From contig CBDIID010000003.1 of assembly GCA_965279515.1 (NCBI GenBank), forward strand, positions 320,001 to 384,000: a DNA stretch of 64,000 nucleotides, read 5' to 3'. The notes under the pieces were generated by a model that worked only from the letters and a program-made list of their open reading frames with translations, was not told the DNA's origin and searched no databases. Positions 18,142 through 28,098 of the stretch are shown piece after piece. The position numbers and the translations under genes are program-made. Position 1 is the first letter of the stretch. Each line of letters opens with the position of its first letter. The DNA is from Turneriella sp. (lineage in GTDB: Bacteria; Spirochaetota; Leptospiria; Turneriellales; Turneriellaceae).

Positions 18142-20666
18142 TTCTTGGCCGGAGCCTCCGGAATATCTTCGGGGTTATAGACCGTCATATCAGCGACCTT
18201 GTCGCCGGCCGCGATATCGACCACGCGTACACCCGACGCCGTGCGTCCCTGCACGGTGATCTGTTTCACTTCACTGCGCAGAACCATGCCGGAAAGTGTC
18301 GTGACAATCACCTCGGCGTTTTCGGTTACAGTGCGGATTGCCACAGCCTTGCCGGTTTTTTCCGTTACCTTGAAGAAGGCCATACCTTTGCCGCCGCGGC
18401 CCTTGGTGCCGAATTCGTCATATTTGACGCGCTTGCCATAACCCGATTCGCTGATTACAAGCAGGAAGGATTTCTGTCCTTTAACCACATCGAGACCCGA
18501 CATGTAATCCTTGCCTTCCAGCGTCATACCGATGATGCCGGATGCAGCGCGTCCCTGCGGCCGCATTTTACCCAGGTTGGTACGAAGCCCCGAGCCTTCG
18601 GCGGTTGCCATGAAGATATCGTCTTTTTCCTGAACGAGGGCAACATCGACCAGATAATCTTTTTCTGAAGCTTTGAACTGCATCGCCATCACTCCGCCTT
18701 TCTTGGCGTTCGAAATCTGCGAAAGTTCGAGCTTCTTAATAATGCCCTGGTGCGTCAGCATCAGCAGGTATTTCTTTTCGGTGAATTCTGTGACCGAGCG
18801 AATAACCGTTACAACTTCATCGTTACCCAGCGACAGAAAACCCTTGATATGCTTGCCGCGCGCATCTTTCGATGCCTCGGGCACTTCATATGCTTTCATA
18901 AAGAAGACTTTGCCGCGCGTAGAGAAGAACAGCAGGTAGTCAAGGCTCTGGCAGAAGTGGACATGTTTTAATGCGTCTTCTTTTTTACCGCCTGAAATCA
19001 CACCCTTGCCGCCACGCCCCTGCCTGCGGAATGTGTCGAGCGGCATACGGCGGATATAACCGCTTTCTGAAATCGTGATGACTTCATTCTCATTCTGGAT
19101 GAGATCTTCGGTGTCCATCTTCGTCGATTCGGCGTCGATCAGCGACACCTGTGAACCGCGCTCGGTGCCGTGCTTCTGTACGATCGCGCCGAGCTCGCTG
19201 CGGATAATGCCGAACATGCGCGTTTCGGATTTCAGAATGTCTTTTAGCTCTTTAATCAGCTTCTTGATTTCAGCGAGTTCTTCGAGAATCTTTTTAGACT
19301 CGAGAGAGGTCAGCTTTTGCAGGCGCATCTCGAGAATGGCGTTTGACTGCAGCTCAGAAAGTTTGAAGCGCTTCATGAGCGAAGAGCGTGCGACGTCGAC
19401 GGTTTCACTCTTGCGGATAATCTTGATGACTTCGTCGATAAAGTCGAGGGCGATCTTGAGGCCTTCGAGGATATGTGCGCGTTCTTCAGCTTTTCTGAGA
19501 TCGTAGCGCGTTCTGCGTTCGATTACTTCGCGGCGGTGCGCGAGGAAATGCTGCAGCATTTGCTTGAGGTTAAGAAGTTTGGGCTCGTTATTGACGAGCG
19601 CGAGAAAAATAATACCGTAACTGATCTGCAATGCCGTGTGCTGGTAGAGCTGGTTGAGGACAATATTTGCCTGCGCTTCTTTTCTCAGTTCAAAGACGAT
19701 GCGCATACCCTTGCGGTCAGACTCGTCGCGGATTTCGGCGATCCCTTCGATTTTTTTGTCGTTTACCAGTGCAGCGATGCGCGCCAGCAGATCGTTTTTA
19801 CGCACTTCGTAGGGAATTTCTGTTACGATGATGGCTTCGCGACCGCGCGTGCTCTCTTCAATATTCGCTACGGCGCGGATCTTGAACGAGCCCCTGCCCG
19901 TGGTATAAGCCGATTTGAGGCCTTCTTTGCCGATGATGATGCCGCCGGTCGGAAAATCCGGTGCGGGAACCTTTTTCATAAGTTCTTTGATCGAAACATC
20001 AGGGTTTTCAATGAGTAGTTCCAGGGCGGAAGCGACTTCGCGCAGGTTATGCGGTGGAATCTTCGTGGCCATACCGACGGCGATGCCCGAGGAACCGTTG
20101 ACGAGCAGGTTCGGCCACGCTGCTGGCAGTACTTTGGGCTCGCGGCGCGTGCCGTCAAAGTTGTCTGAAAAGTCGACGGTCTCTTTATCGATGTCCCGGA
20201 GAAGCTCTTCGGCCATCGAAGTCAGGCGCGCCTCGGTATAACGGTATGCCGCCGCCGGGTCGCCGTCGACACTACCAAAGTTTCCCTGGCCATCGATGAG
20301 TAGTTCACGCAGCGAGAAATCCTGCGCCATGCGCACCATGGTGTCGTAAACGGCAGAGTCGCCATGCGGGTGATAGTTACCGATAACTTCACCCACGATT
20401 TTCGCCGATTTAACGTAGGCGCGGTCTTGGCGCCAGGCACGTTCGTTCATCGCATGCAGAATGCGCCGGTGAACGGGTTTCAGGCCGTCGCGCACATCGG
20501 GTAATGCCCGCCCCACGATTACGCTCATGGCGTAGGCGAGGTAGGATTTTTTCATCTGGTCTTCTATTTCGACCGGAATGATTTCCTTTGCCACTACATC
20601 GGGAGCTTTGGCATCGTTTTCGCCCTTACCCTTGCCCGCAGGGCCGCTGCCCTTTCCTTTCGCCAT
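18138..20666 (-). CDS. gyrA: DNA gyrase subunit A
   Basis: RALPDVRDGLKPV, YHPHGDSAVY, AAYRYTEAR catalytic Tyr, GyrA-box QGRGGKG, beta-pinwheel repeats. Confidence 0.96.
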   Translation of the reverse strand: MAKGKGSGPAGKGKGENDAKAPDVVAKEIIPVEIEDQMKKSYLAYAMSVIVGRALPDVRDGLKPVHRRILHAMNERAWRQDRAYVKSAKIVGEVIGNYHPHGDSAVYDTMVRMAQDFSLRELLIDGQGNFGSVDGDPAAAYRYTEARLTSMAEELLRDIDKETVDFSDNFDGTRREPKVLPAAWPNLLVNGSSGIAVGMATKIPPHNLREVASALELLIENPDVSIKELMKKVPAPDFPTGGIIIGKEGLKSAYTTGRGSFKIRAVANIEESTRGREAIIVTEIPYEVRKNDLLARIAALVNDKKIEGIAEIRDESDRKGMRIVFELRKEAQANIVLNQLYQHTALQISYGIIFLALVNNEPKLLNLKQMLQHFLAHRREVIERRTRYDLRKAEERAHILEGLKIALDFIDEVIKIIRKSETVDVARSSLMKRFKLSELQSNAILEMRLQKLTSLESKKILEELAEIKKLIKELKDILKSETRMFGIIRSELGAIVQKHGTERGSQVSLIDAESTKMDTEDLIQNENEVITISESGYIRRMPLDTFRRQGRGGKGVISGGKKEDALKHVHFCQSLDYLLFFSTRGKVFFMKAYEVPEASKDARGKHIKGFLSLGNDEVVTVIRSVTEFTEKKYLLMLTHQGIIKKLELSQISNAKKGGVMAMQFKASEKDYLVDVALVQEKDDIFMATAEGSGLRTNLGKMRPQGRAASGIIGMTLEGKDYMSGLDVVKGQKSFLLVISESGYGKRVKYDEFGTKGRGGKGMAFFKVTEKTGKAVAIRTVTENAEVIVTTLSGMVLRSEVKQITVQGRTASGVRVVDIAAGDKVADMTVYNPEDIPEAPAKK

Positions 20667-20707
20667 GCGACATAATAGAGGGCGCTTTCAGCCAGTCGAG
20701 GAATTAG

Positions 20708-21766
20708 TTATTCCGCAGTGGATAGGTAGACAAACTGCGGATAGAGCGCCTGCACCGAGCGCACGGCCGAAATGACACTACCTGCCGCCTTGTAGCGCTC
20801 GATAAAATGCCGCACCAGGGCTGCATCGTCAAAATCGGGAATCGGTTTGAGCGGCGTCAGAACACATGCCGTCGGCAACCTTTCAAGGCGTAGATCGACG
20901 GGATTCGCAAGGCATGAGACATGCAGGTACGCCGAACAGCTAAAGGGCGGCAGGATCCAGATACCGTCTGTGAGCCGCCACGCGATCGCGCCTTCGCGGG
21001 CGACGCCATGGCCCCGGTAGATTAGGCAGTCCCACTCCTTGAGAGCAAGCACAGCTTCAACCCGCTTGCGCGTCAGCTGGCCGAAGATATGGCGAAAGCG
21101 GAAGCCCGAAATGCCTTTGGACCAGAAGTCGAGATTTTTTTCCAGCTCGGGCAAGGCCGGCCCCGCAATATTCGTAAAAACCAGCACCTCCCGAATCTGC
21201 CGTTCGTGGCGCGGCCGCAGCTCCTGCATGCGTTCGAGCTCGAAGACAATGCCCGCTTCGAGGTTGTAACTGAAGAGCTGCGTCACGTGCGTGAGTTCGC
21301 TGGCGACAAGCGTCAGGCGGATGTTCCTGTACTTCAGTTTAAACCGCGTGAGCAATGCCCTGAGCTCGCCTGCGGTGTGCGGTACCCGCGCCGCAATACG
21401 GCCTTTCAGCGCAGCATGCACAACATAGCAGTTCTGCAGGGCATGGATGCGGATTTCCACCGGTTCTCCCGCCGGGCCCTGGCGTGCCGCGGCGACAAAC
21501 CTGCGCATCTCGCCCGGCGTGAGTGTTGCCGGTGCAGCATCTTTCAGGCGCTGCAAAACATCGATCAAAACAGAATCTTTGCGGCGAATCCACGGCGTGA
21601 GATTCCAGTCGAAAAACAGGTTCTCAATACGGATCAAAAAGGAAAAATCGTCGCTGACAACCACCGCAAGACCGCCCTTTCTGCGGGCATTTTTCATGCG
21701 CCGCAGCTGCGATTCGGTGGTCAGCCAGTACTTCAGAACTTCGCTCCCTTCGAGTAGGCCTCGCAT
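20708..21766 (-). CDS. Hypothetical protein with probable CHAT (caspase-like) domain
   Basis: ALPELE, DCLIYRGHG, LTDG, YLHVSC and 'PIPD...F...AVRSVQ' occur in CHAT consensus order. Start uncertain. Confidence 0.6.
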   Translation of the reverse strand: MRGLLEGSEVLKYWLTTESQLRRMKNARRKGGLAVVVSDDFSFLIRIENLFFDWNLTPWIRRKDSVLIDVLQRLKDAAPATLTPGEMRRFVAAARQGPAGEPVEIRIHALQNCYVVHAALKGRIAARVPHTAGELRALLTRFKLKYRNIRLTLVASELTHVTQLFSYNLEAGIVFELERMQELRPRHERQIREVLVFTNIAGPALPELEKNLDFWSKGISGFRFRHIFGQLTRKRVEAVLALKEWDCLIYRGHGVAREGAIAWRLTDGIWILPPFSCSAYLHVSCLANPVDLRLERLPTACVLTPLKPIPDFDDAALVRHFIERYKAAGSVISAVRSVQALYPQFVYLSTAE

Positions 21767-23586
21767 TTTTTCAGTGCGACCACAGCCCGGTCAAAATTCG
21801 GGGCGAGGTTCAGGGCCAGGGCAAAGGCGGCTTTGGCTTCGGCGAGCTGCCCGGTATTATAGAAGATGATGCCGTCGGCGTATGCCTTGAGCGCTGCCGG
21901 TGCGATGGGGCGGTCTGATTCCGCCCACCTTTGCCTGTTGAGCCGGCCTTCGATGCGCGCAAACAGCGCCCTCGCCTTGACATTCGTCGGGTCGTCGGCC
22001 AAAAGCTGGCGCAGTACGCCGAGCGCGGCTTCGGGGTCTGACTGCGAGAGCAATAGGGCGCGTTTATACAGGGCTTCCAGGAACTCCGCGGGCTGAACCG
22101 CCTTTTTGAGTACCTGGGTTTTCTCCGATAGCTCACGCTCGAGTTCGGGAATTCTCGGATTCTGCGGATCGATGAATTTCAGAATTTCAAAATACCGGCG
22201 CGCCTCGAACGCGTTCTGGTCTTTCATCCTGTAAATACTTTCGATGAGTTCTTTGATGATGCCGTCTTTGCGCTCGGGGTTCAGGATAATAGTGCATGAA
22301 AATATATGCTGGTTGGAAATCCGGTTCTTCGGGAAAACCTCGACGATGGCGCCGAAATGTTTCATGGTCGCATTGCAGTCGCGCACCTTGTAGCTGTTGA
22401 GCCCCATCGAGGTGAGCGACTGCACAAAGTTATAATACGGTGAATCGCGGGTGATGAATTCCTCATCCTGGCGCAGCATTGCGTCCTTGGCTTTTTGCAA
22501 CAATGCCTCGGCGTGTTTTTGCGTCTCTTCTTGTTTGAATTGTTTGGCGATCTCGATCACCGCTTCGAGTTCCTCGACAGCAATCGGGTAATTTTCCAGC
22601 AGCATCTGCAGCATCGCGGCCTGGTAGCGGCGCTCCAGTTCTTTCAGCTTATCTGCGAACAGGTTTTCTTCCTGTTCCTTTTTTGCCGCCAGGGCTTTTT
22701 TGATCAGCGTATCCCAATCGGTGAGCTTGGGATCCATCGCCTGGCCGACACGGTATTGCTCGACGGCAAAGCTATAATCGGCCTTGCGCATGGCTTCATT
22801 GCCGCTGGTCAGGTATTCGCGCGCGAGCAACTTACGCTCCTTTTCGCTGAGCTGCTGCTGCATGAAATCGAGCAACACAGCCTTGCGCTCTGTCGCCTGG
22901 GAATTTCCGGGCTCCAGGCGCAGTACCCGGTCATAGCTGCCAATTGCCTGCGCAAACCGGCGGTCCTTTTCGTGTTTTTCGGCCTGCTTAAAAAATGCGG
23001 CTAGCTTCTGGTCTGCGCCCTCGCCCTTTAGCAGGCGTTCAGCCTCTGCGTAGCCCATTTTTGCATCCAGCGATTCCGGAGCGATCTTCAACGCTTCACT
23101 ATAACGCTGCATGGCTTCGGCATACTTGGTCTGATCCATGGCCTGCTGGGCGGCCTGCATCGCGGCTTCATAGGCTTTGCGTTTTTCTTCGGGTAATTTA
23201 GCGATGATGGTTTTGGTGTTATCTTCCCTTTTGCGACGTATGAGTTCGCGCAGCTCGGGAATTTTGGGATGTGTCGGGAATAGCCCTTCGGCGACGTCGA
23301 GCTCCGCATCGGCATTCTGGTATTTATCAAAACTGATGAGCTTCTGCGTGTTACGGATATGCAGTTCGGTTTGAAGCAGGTCGGCATAGGCCTGGCCGTG
23401 GTGTAATACAGCGGGCATCCACGTGGAATCGATGTCGAGCGCAGCGCCGAGAAGACGACGGGCCTCTGACAGGTGGCGCTGGTTATAGGCCGCGATACCG
23501 GCTTTGGTGAGACTTTTTACTTCGTCGAAGACCTGCGCCGCCAGAGGCGCAACTGTGGTAAGGAGTATAAAGCAGAGTGTCCTCAT
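21733..23586 (-). CDS. Exported tetratricopeptide repeat protein
   Basis: Signal peptide; repeated 'A...Y..AL...P' TPR units. Confidence 0.85.
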   Translation of the reverse strand: MRTLCFILLTTVAPLAAQVFDEVKSLTKAGIAAYNQRHLSEARRLLGAALDIDSTWMPAVLHHGQAYADLLQTELHIRNTQKLISFDKYQNADAELDVAEGLFPTHPKIPELRELIRRKREDNTKTIIAKLPEEKRKAYEAAMQAAQQAMDQTKYAEAMQRYSEALKIAPESLDAKMGYAEAERLLKGEGADQKLAAFFKQAEKHEKDRRFAQAIGSYDRVLRLEPGNSQATERKAVLLDFMQQQLSEKERKLLAREYLTSGNEAMRKADYSFAVEQYRVGQAMDPKLTDWDTLIKKALAAKKEQEENLFADKLKELERRYQAAMLQMLLENYPIAVEELEAVIEIAKQFKQEETQKHAEALLQKAKDAMLRQDEEFITRDSPYYNFVQSLTSMGLNSYKVRDCNATMKHFGAIVEVFPKNRISNQHIFSCTIILNPERKDGIIKELIESIYRMKDQNAFEARRYFEILKFIDPQNPRIPELERELSEKTQVLKKAVQPAEFLEALYKRALLLSQSDPEAALGVLRQLLADDPTNVKARALFARIEGRLNRQRWAESDRPIAPAALKAYADGIIFYNTGQLAEAKAAFALALNLAPNFDRAVVALKKCEAYSKGAKF

Positions 23587-24521
23587 GGCGTTGCCAGAAG
23601 CTCACGCGGTAATTTAAAAGTGACGTCCTCCTCTTTAAGCCTCAGCTCGCTGATCTGAGTAAATCCGAATTCTGTTTTGAGCCTCTCTGTCACCTGTTGT
23701 ACAAGAATCTCTGGTGCCGAAGCCCCGGCCGTAATACCGATACGCTCAACACCCCCGGAAAAATGTTCTGCCGATACGTCGGCTGCATTGTCGATCAGGT
23801 AGGCGCGCGCGCCTTCCGATTCGGCGAGCTCTTTCAGGCGGTTGGAGTTACTCGAGTTGCGCGAGCCGATCACATAAACAATATCGCTTTTAGGCGCAAT
23901 CGCTGAAACCGCTTCCTGGCGGTTGGTGGTAGCGTAGCAGATATCGCTGGAATTTGGTCCTTCGATATGGGGAAAAAGTTCCTTGAGGCGGGCAATGAGG
24001 CCCCGGGTGTCGCGCACCGAAAGAGTCGTCTGCGTCAGGTATGCGAGCTTTTCAGTCTGGGAAATTTGCAGTTGATCGATATCCGCGAGGGTTTCAACAA
24101 TGGTAATCTGTTCGGGCGCTTCGCCATAGGTGCCGCGCGCTTCGATGTGGTCTTTATGGCCAATCAGGATAATACGGTAACCTTCGCGTGCATAACGGCG
24201 CGCTTCAATGTGCACTTTGGTGACGAGCGGGCAGGTTGCGTCGAGAATTTTCAGCTTCTTGGCTTGCGCCGAAGACACCACAGCGGGAGAGACCCCATGC
24301 GCGCTAAAGATGACAGTCTGATTTTCAGGGATCTCATCGAGGTTGTCTACAAAGATGACTCCCTTCGCGCGCAACGAATCGACGACGTGCCGGTTGTGCA
24401 CAATTTCATGATGCACGTAAAGCGGAGTCCCATAGACCTCGATGGCCTTTTCGACGATCGAAATCGCACGGTCGACGCCTGCGCAGAAACCCCGGGGCGC
24501 CGCGATGACGATTTCTTTCAT
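23583..24521 (-). CDS. ispH: 4-hydroxy-3-methylbut-2-enyl diphosphate reductase
   Basis: GFCAGV, HEIVHN, SAHG, DATCPLV, QTT, DICYAT-x-NRQ, SSNS, TAGAS. Confidence 0.98.
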   Translation of the reverse strand: MKEIVIAAPRGFCAGVDRAISIVEKAIEVYGTPLYVHHEIVHNRHVVDSLRAKGVIFVDNLDEIPENQTVIFSAHGVSPAVVSSAQAKKLKILDATCPLVTKVHIEARRYAREGYRIILIGHKDHIEARGTYGEAPEQITIVETLADIDQLQISQTEKLAYLTQTTLSVRDTRGLIARLKELFPHIEGPNSSDICYATTNRQEAVSAIAPKSDIVYVIGSRNSSNSNRLKELAESEGARAYLIDNAADVSAEHFSGGVERIGITAGASAPEILVQQVTERLKTEFGFTQISELRLKEEDVTFKLPRELLATP

Positions 24522-24524
24522 TGC

Positions 24525-25028
24525 TTAGTCCTGCAGCCTGAGTTGGGTTGTCAAATCTAAGCAGTTTTCGGTCGCGAGAAACTGTATGGATTGTACAGGG
24601 TCTAAATTTGTTTCGAGCGCTGCGAGAAAAGAAAACATTGCCTGATCGCAGCGCCGCTGAGCTTCCCTGAACTGGACTTCCGCCTCGCCGCTCTTAACGG
24701 GTTTGAGAGCAAAACTGACGGTCAGCCGGCTGGATTCCCCCCGCCCCTTTATTTCGAGGGCAACATCGCGGTATTTATTGGCCTGTGCCGCCGCGGAGGG
24801 CACAAGCTGCGTTTCGGAATAGATCAGGCTTCGGCCCCGGAAGTATGATTTCAGCAACTGCCGGCGCCGGGCTTCGGCCCAGCCATCAGCACCCATGCCG
24901 CGCGAGGGTAAAAATTCGGGATTTCTAAATGATGTCCGGAGAGATTCGAGCGTTGTTTGTCCGTGGGTACAAACAAAGCACAAGGGCAACAAACTAAAAA
25001 GGAGAAATGAACGGATGAACCGCGTCAA
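24525..25028 (-). CDS. Hypothetical exported protein
   Basis: Signal-like N-terminus; tightly packed between co-oriented genes. Confidence 0.6.
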   Translation of the reverse strand: MTRFIRSFLLFSLLPLCFVCTHGQTTLESLRTSFRNPEFLPSRGMGADGWAEARRRQLLKSYFRGRSLIYSETQLVPSAAAQANKYRDVALEIKGRGESSRLTVSFALKPVKSGEAEVQFREAQRRCDQAMFSFLAALETNLDPVQSIQFLATENCLDLTTQLRLQD

Positions 25029-25333
25029 TATTCTTTGCGCTTACGGCCGTTGTTGATTTTACTGAGTAAAAGCACGCTGACCACACCGCCAACCAGGGCC
25101 GCAATGACGTTGACATTGCTCACGTGCAGGCCATCTTGCAATGCATCGATGACAAAGTTGAGCGGCTTCTGCAGCAAGAAGGCACCTAAAATCGAGCCAA
25201 TCAGGGCGACGACAGCACCGCCCAAAAAACCACCAAAAAGATCTAACCGGCGAAGGTAGAAAAAAAACCAACTAATCATCGCCCCCAGGGCAATGTAGAC
25301 AAGAAAATCAATGAGGTATTTAGCAAATTCCAT
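25025..25333 (-). CDS. GlsB/YeaQ/YmgE (transglycosylase-associated)-like small membrane protein
   Basis: Gly-rich TM helices, 'ALIGSILG', 'AALVGGV'. Confidence 0.7.
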   Translation of the reverse strand: MEFAKYLIDFLVYIALGAMISWFFFYLRRLDLFGGFLGGAVVALIGSILGAFLLQKPLNFVIDALQDGLHVSNVNVIAALVGGVVSVLLLSKINNGRKRKEY

Positions 25334-25381
25334 CGCTGAACTGTGCGGAGTTTCCGTAAAACGGAGACAGGAGTGAGAGCA

Positions 25382-26410
25382 TTATTTTACTTTCCGTCCC
25401 AGCTTTGCCTGATTTTTTTTGGCCCCGCCCGCTTCCTTTGTGAAGAGCCCGGCGGGGGATGCTCCCCGCGGTATTTCCTCCGGCCTGAAATGATAAATCT
25501 TGGCGACAGATTTCTTGGCCTTTTTTTTCGCAATGGCAGCCATCTCAGAGAGAGTGGTAAAATCGGCCACCTGATCGCGGGTGATACCGTCTAAAATTGC
25601 TGTGGAAATCGTCAGCAAAGGAAAAGAACAGATGTTCCCCTGCCTGTCGGTGCCGCGGTAATGCCCGGCTTCCAGCTCTTCGGGCGTAAAAAACGTCTTG
25701 CTGGAAGAAGCAAATAGCTTGTGGAGTTTCTTCACCGCCGAGGCTATGCGGGTTTGAGCGCCGAGTAACAGAAAGTCATCCCCGCCGATATGCCCGACAA
25801 AAAGTTGCTCGCGTGGCACGGCAGCGCGTAAGTCATAGAGAATTTTCGAGACACACTGAATGGCGTCATCACCCCTCTTTACGCCTTTCTCATCGTTGAA
25901 GGGCTTGAAATTGTCGAGATCGGTGTATGCCACAGAGAAAGGTTTGCCTTTCTGCAGCCGCAGATAAAATTCGGTCTCGATCGCCGAGTTACCGGGCAGA
26001 CCCGATAGGGCCTGTGCATTGAGCTTTTTGCGCGTCTGGAACAGCAGATTTTCAATCTTTGCGATTAAAAAGCGCGGCATCACAGGTTTCAGAATATAGT
26101 CATCGATACCCGACTTATATGCTTCTTCGATCACAGCCATATCGTCTTCACCCGATAGCAGCAGAACGGGCAAAAAGCTCGAAGCCACATTTTGCCTGAC
26201 AAGCCGCGTGGCCTTGATGCCGTTGAGTGTAGGGTGATTCAGGTTATAGTCGACAATGAGCAAAGTGGGATGGAACTCCGCGATGATTTCGGGCATCCGT
26301 TCGGGGTATGAAGTGAAGCGAATTTCACCGAAATTGGCGAGAATTTCGGCCAGGGCACGGGCATAACCGGCGTCATCTTCGAGAATGAGAATGCGCTCTG
26401 CCCCCGCCAT
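25382..26410 (-). CDS. Response regulator receiver + GGDEF diguanylate cyclase
   Basis: ILILEDD, IVD, DDYILKP; ALSGLPGN, DLDNFK-x-FND, HIGGDDF. Confidence 0.92.
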   Translation of the reverse strand: MAGAERILILEDDAGYARALAEILANFGEIRFTSYPERMPEIIAEFHPTLLIVDYNLNHPTLNGIKATRLVRQNVASSFLPVLLLSGEDDMAVIEEAYKSGIDDYILKPVMPRFLIAKIENLLFQTRKKLNAQALSGLPGNSAIETEFYLRLQKGKPFSVAYTDLDNFKPFNDEKGVKRGDDAIQCVSKILYDLRAAVPREQLFVGHIGGDDFLLLGAQTRIASAVKKLHKLFASSSKTFFTPEELEAGHYRGTDRQGNICSFPLLTISTAILDGITRDQVADFTTLSEMAAIAKKKAKKSVAKIYHFRPEEIPRGASPAGLFTKEAGGAKKNQAKLGRKVK

Positions 26411-26535
26411 ATATATCTCTCGGTATTTCACCGGGCGGACTTGTGCCAATTCGTCAAGGACATAAAGAGCCACGCAGCCCCAATGGCCATTTATCTCTTT
26501 TCAAACCGACCCTGATATTTTTTATGCGGTGCCTT

Positions 26536-27021
26536 ATGGCACAGACCTTTACCCTCACCCAAGTCTTCCCTGCCTCCGTTGACAAGGTATTGGCGGCGCG
26601 CGAACGCCGGTTTGAAGACATGTCTAAGCTCGAAAACCTCAAAGGCCAGCAGATTCTCAGCCAAACGCAGGAAGGTTCGGTAAAAATCACCAAACGCGCC
26701 TTTTCGCTGGCCGATAAGATACCCGATGCCATTAAACCCATGGTTCCCGCCGGGTTCCTGAATCTCGTCGAGACCGCGCGCTTCGATCATGACAGCAATA
26801 TCAACCGCTTCGACGTTATCTATGAGCAAAACCCCGACCGCCTGCGCATCAGCGGGGTGACGAAATACATCGCCGAGAGCGGTTCGAGTTCGCGGCGCGA
26901 ATATCAGATTACCGTCAAAGTCAATATGGCGCTCATCGGCGGGGTACTCGAGAACCAGATTGCCAACTCTTTCAAAAAGGGTATTGAAAAAGATTACGAC
27001 ATCATCAAGGCATTACTCTGA
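26536..27021 (+). CDS. DUF2505-like (START/Bet v1-fold) protein
   Basis: 161 aa with 'F...QVFPASVDKV...R.....IP......V....IGG.LE..I' pattern. Confidence 0.6.
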   Translation: MAQTFTLTQVFPASVDKVLAARERRFEDMSKLENLKGQQILSQTQEGSVKITKRAFSLADKIPDAIKPMVPAGFLNLVETARFDHDSNINRFDVIYEQNPDRLRISGVTKYIAESGSSSRREYQITVKVNMALIGGVLENQIANSFKKGIEKDYDIIKALL

Positions 27022-27031
27022 CCTTATTACC

Positions 27032-28093
27032 ATGAAACCCAAAACCATAGAACATCCCCCGCTGGGCATTATCACCAACCCCTACGCGGGCAAGAACGCG
27101 GCCTCGAACCACCGCAGCAAAGAGTTGCAACGTATCATCGGTAAATATGGCCTCGTCAAGGAAAGCCGGAACATCGACCAGTTGAAATCCATCTTATCGG
27201 AATTTGCCGCCCACAAGGTGCCGTACATTGTCTGTGACGGCGGCGACGGCACAATCCACTGGATCGTCAATACCTACCTCGAAGTGCTTCAGGCATCCAA
27301 GCGCGACGCGATCGAGGCGGCGATGCCGGTCTTTGTGCCGACCAATGGCGGTACGATTGACTTTATCGCGCGTAAAGTGAAGGCGCACGGTGGCACGTAT
27401 AAAATCCTGCGCCGCCTCCATAAACTTATGGAAGCCGACAAACTGCCGCGCCCGGTGCCGCTGCGGACATTCATGATGGAAGGTAAATACACCAAAGAGC
27501 ATATGGGCAAATCTTACCGCAAGCTCGCGTTTGCGGGTGCCCTTGCGGGTTTTGCGCAGAAATTTTTCAACAAATATTATGAAAGCGGCAAACCCTCTTT
27601 ACAGACGATTGTTGAAGTCATTACCAAGACATTCACGTCGACTGCTTTTAAAGGCAGCTGGTTCGAGGGTTATGTGCCCAAAGACGTTGCGGGCTATGCG
27701 AATGAAATATTCGATCCCTTTGCTGCGGATGTGAAAATCGACGGCAAACCCGTGCCGTTCAAAAAACTCAATACCTTGAATGTCGGTTCGATTGCGATCG
27801 AGATTAAAAGTCTTTTAAAGCTCTTTGCCAATGCCGACCGCGACAAGAAGCTGCATATGCATGTCGGCTTTCTGCAACCCCACGAAGTTTTTGCCAACCT
27901 GGGTAATCTCTTTGCCGGCGCAGATTATTCCGGCAAAGACCTCGTGCAGACAACCTCAGAAACCATCGAAATTGTATCCAAAGATCCCGAGGGGCTGAAT
28001 CCCTGCCTCGACGGCGAGCTTTTCACAGGCATGGCGACGATGAAGGTCACTGTCGGCCCTCATATCCGTTTCATGGGCATCAAGGGGGAGTAA
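27032..28093 (+). CDS. Diacylglycerol/sphingosine kinase catalytic-domain protein
   Basis: ITNPYAG, GGDGT, GGT-x-D, LDGE. Confidence 0.85.
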   Translation: MKPKTIEHPPLGIITNPYAGKNAASNHRSKELQRIIGKYGLVKESRNIDQLKSILSEFAAHKVPYIVCDGGDGTIHWIVNTYLEVLQASKRDAIEAAMPVFVPTNGGTIDFIARKVKAHGGTYKILRRLHKLMEADKLPRPVPLRTFMMEGKYTKEHMGKSYRKLAFAGALAGFAQKFFNKYYESGKPSLQTIVEVITKTFTSTAFKGSWFEGYVPKDVAGYANEIFDPFAADVKIDGKPVPFKKLNTLNVGSIAIEIKSLLKLFANADRDKKLHMHVGFLQPHEVFANLGNLFAGADYSGKDLVQTTSETIEIVSKDPEGLNPCLDGELFTGMATMKVTVGPHIRFMGIKGE

Positions 28094-28098
28094 TCCCT

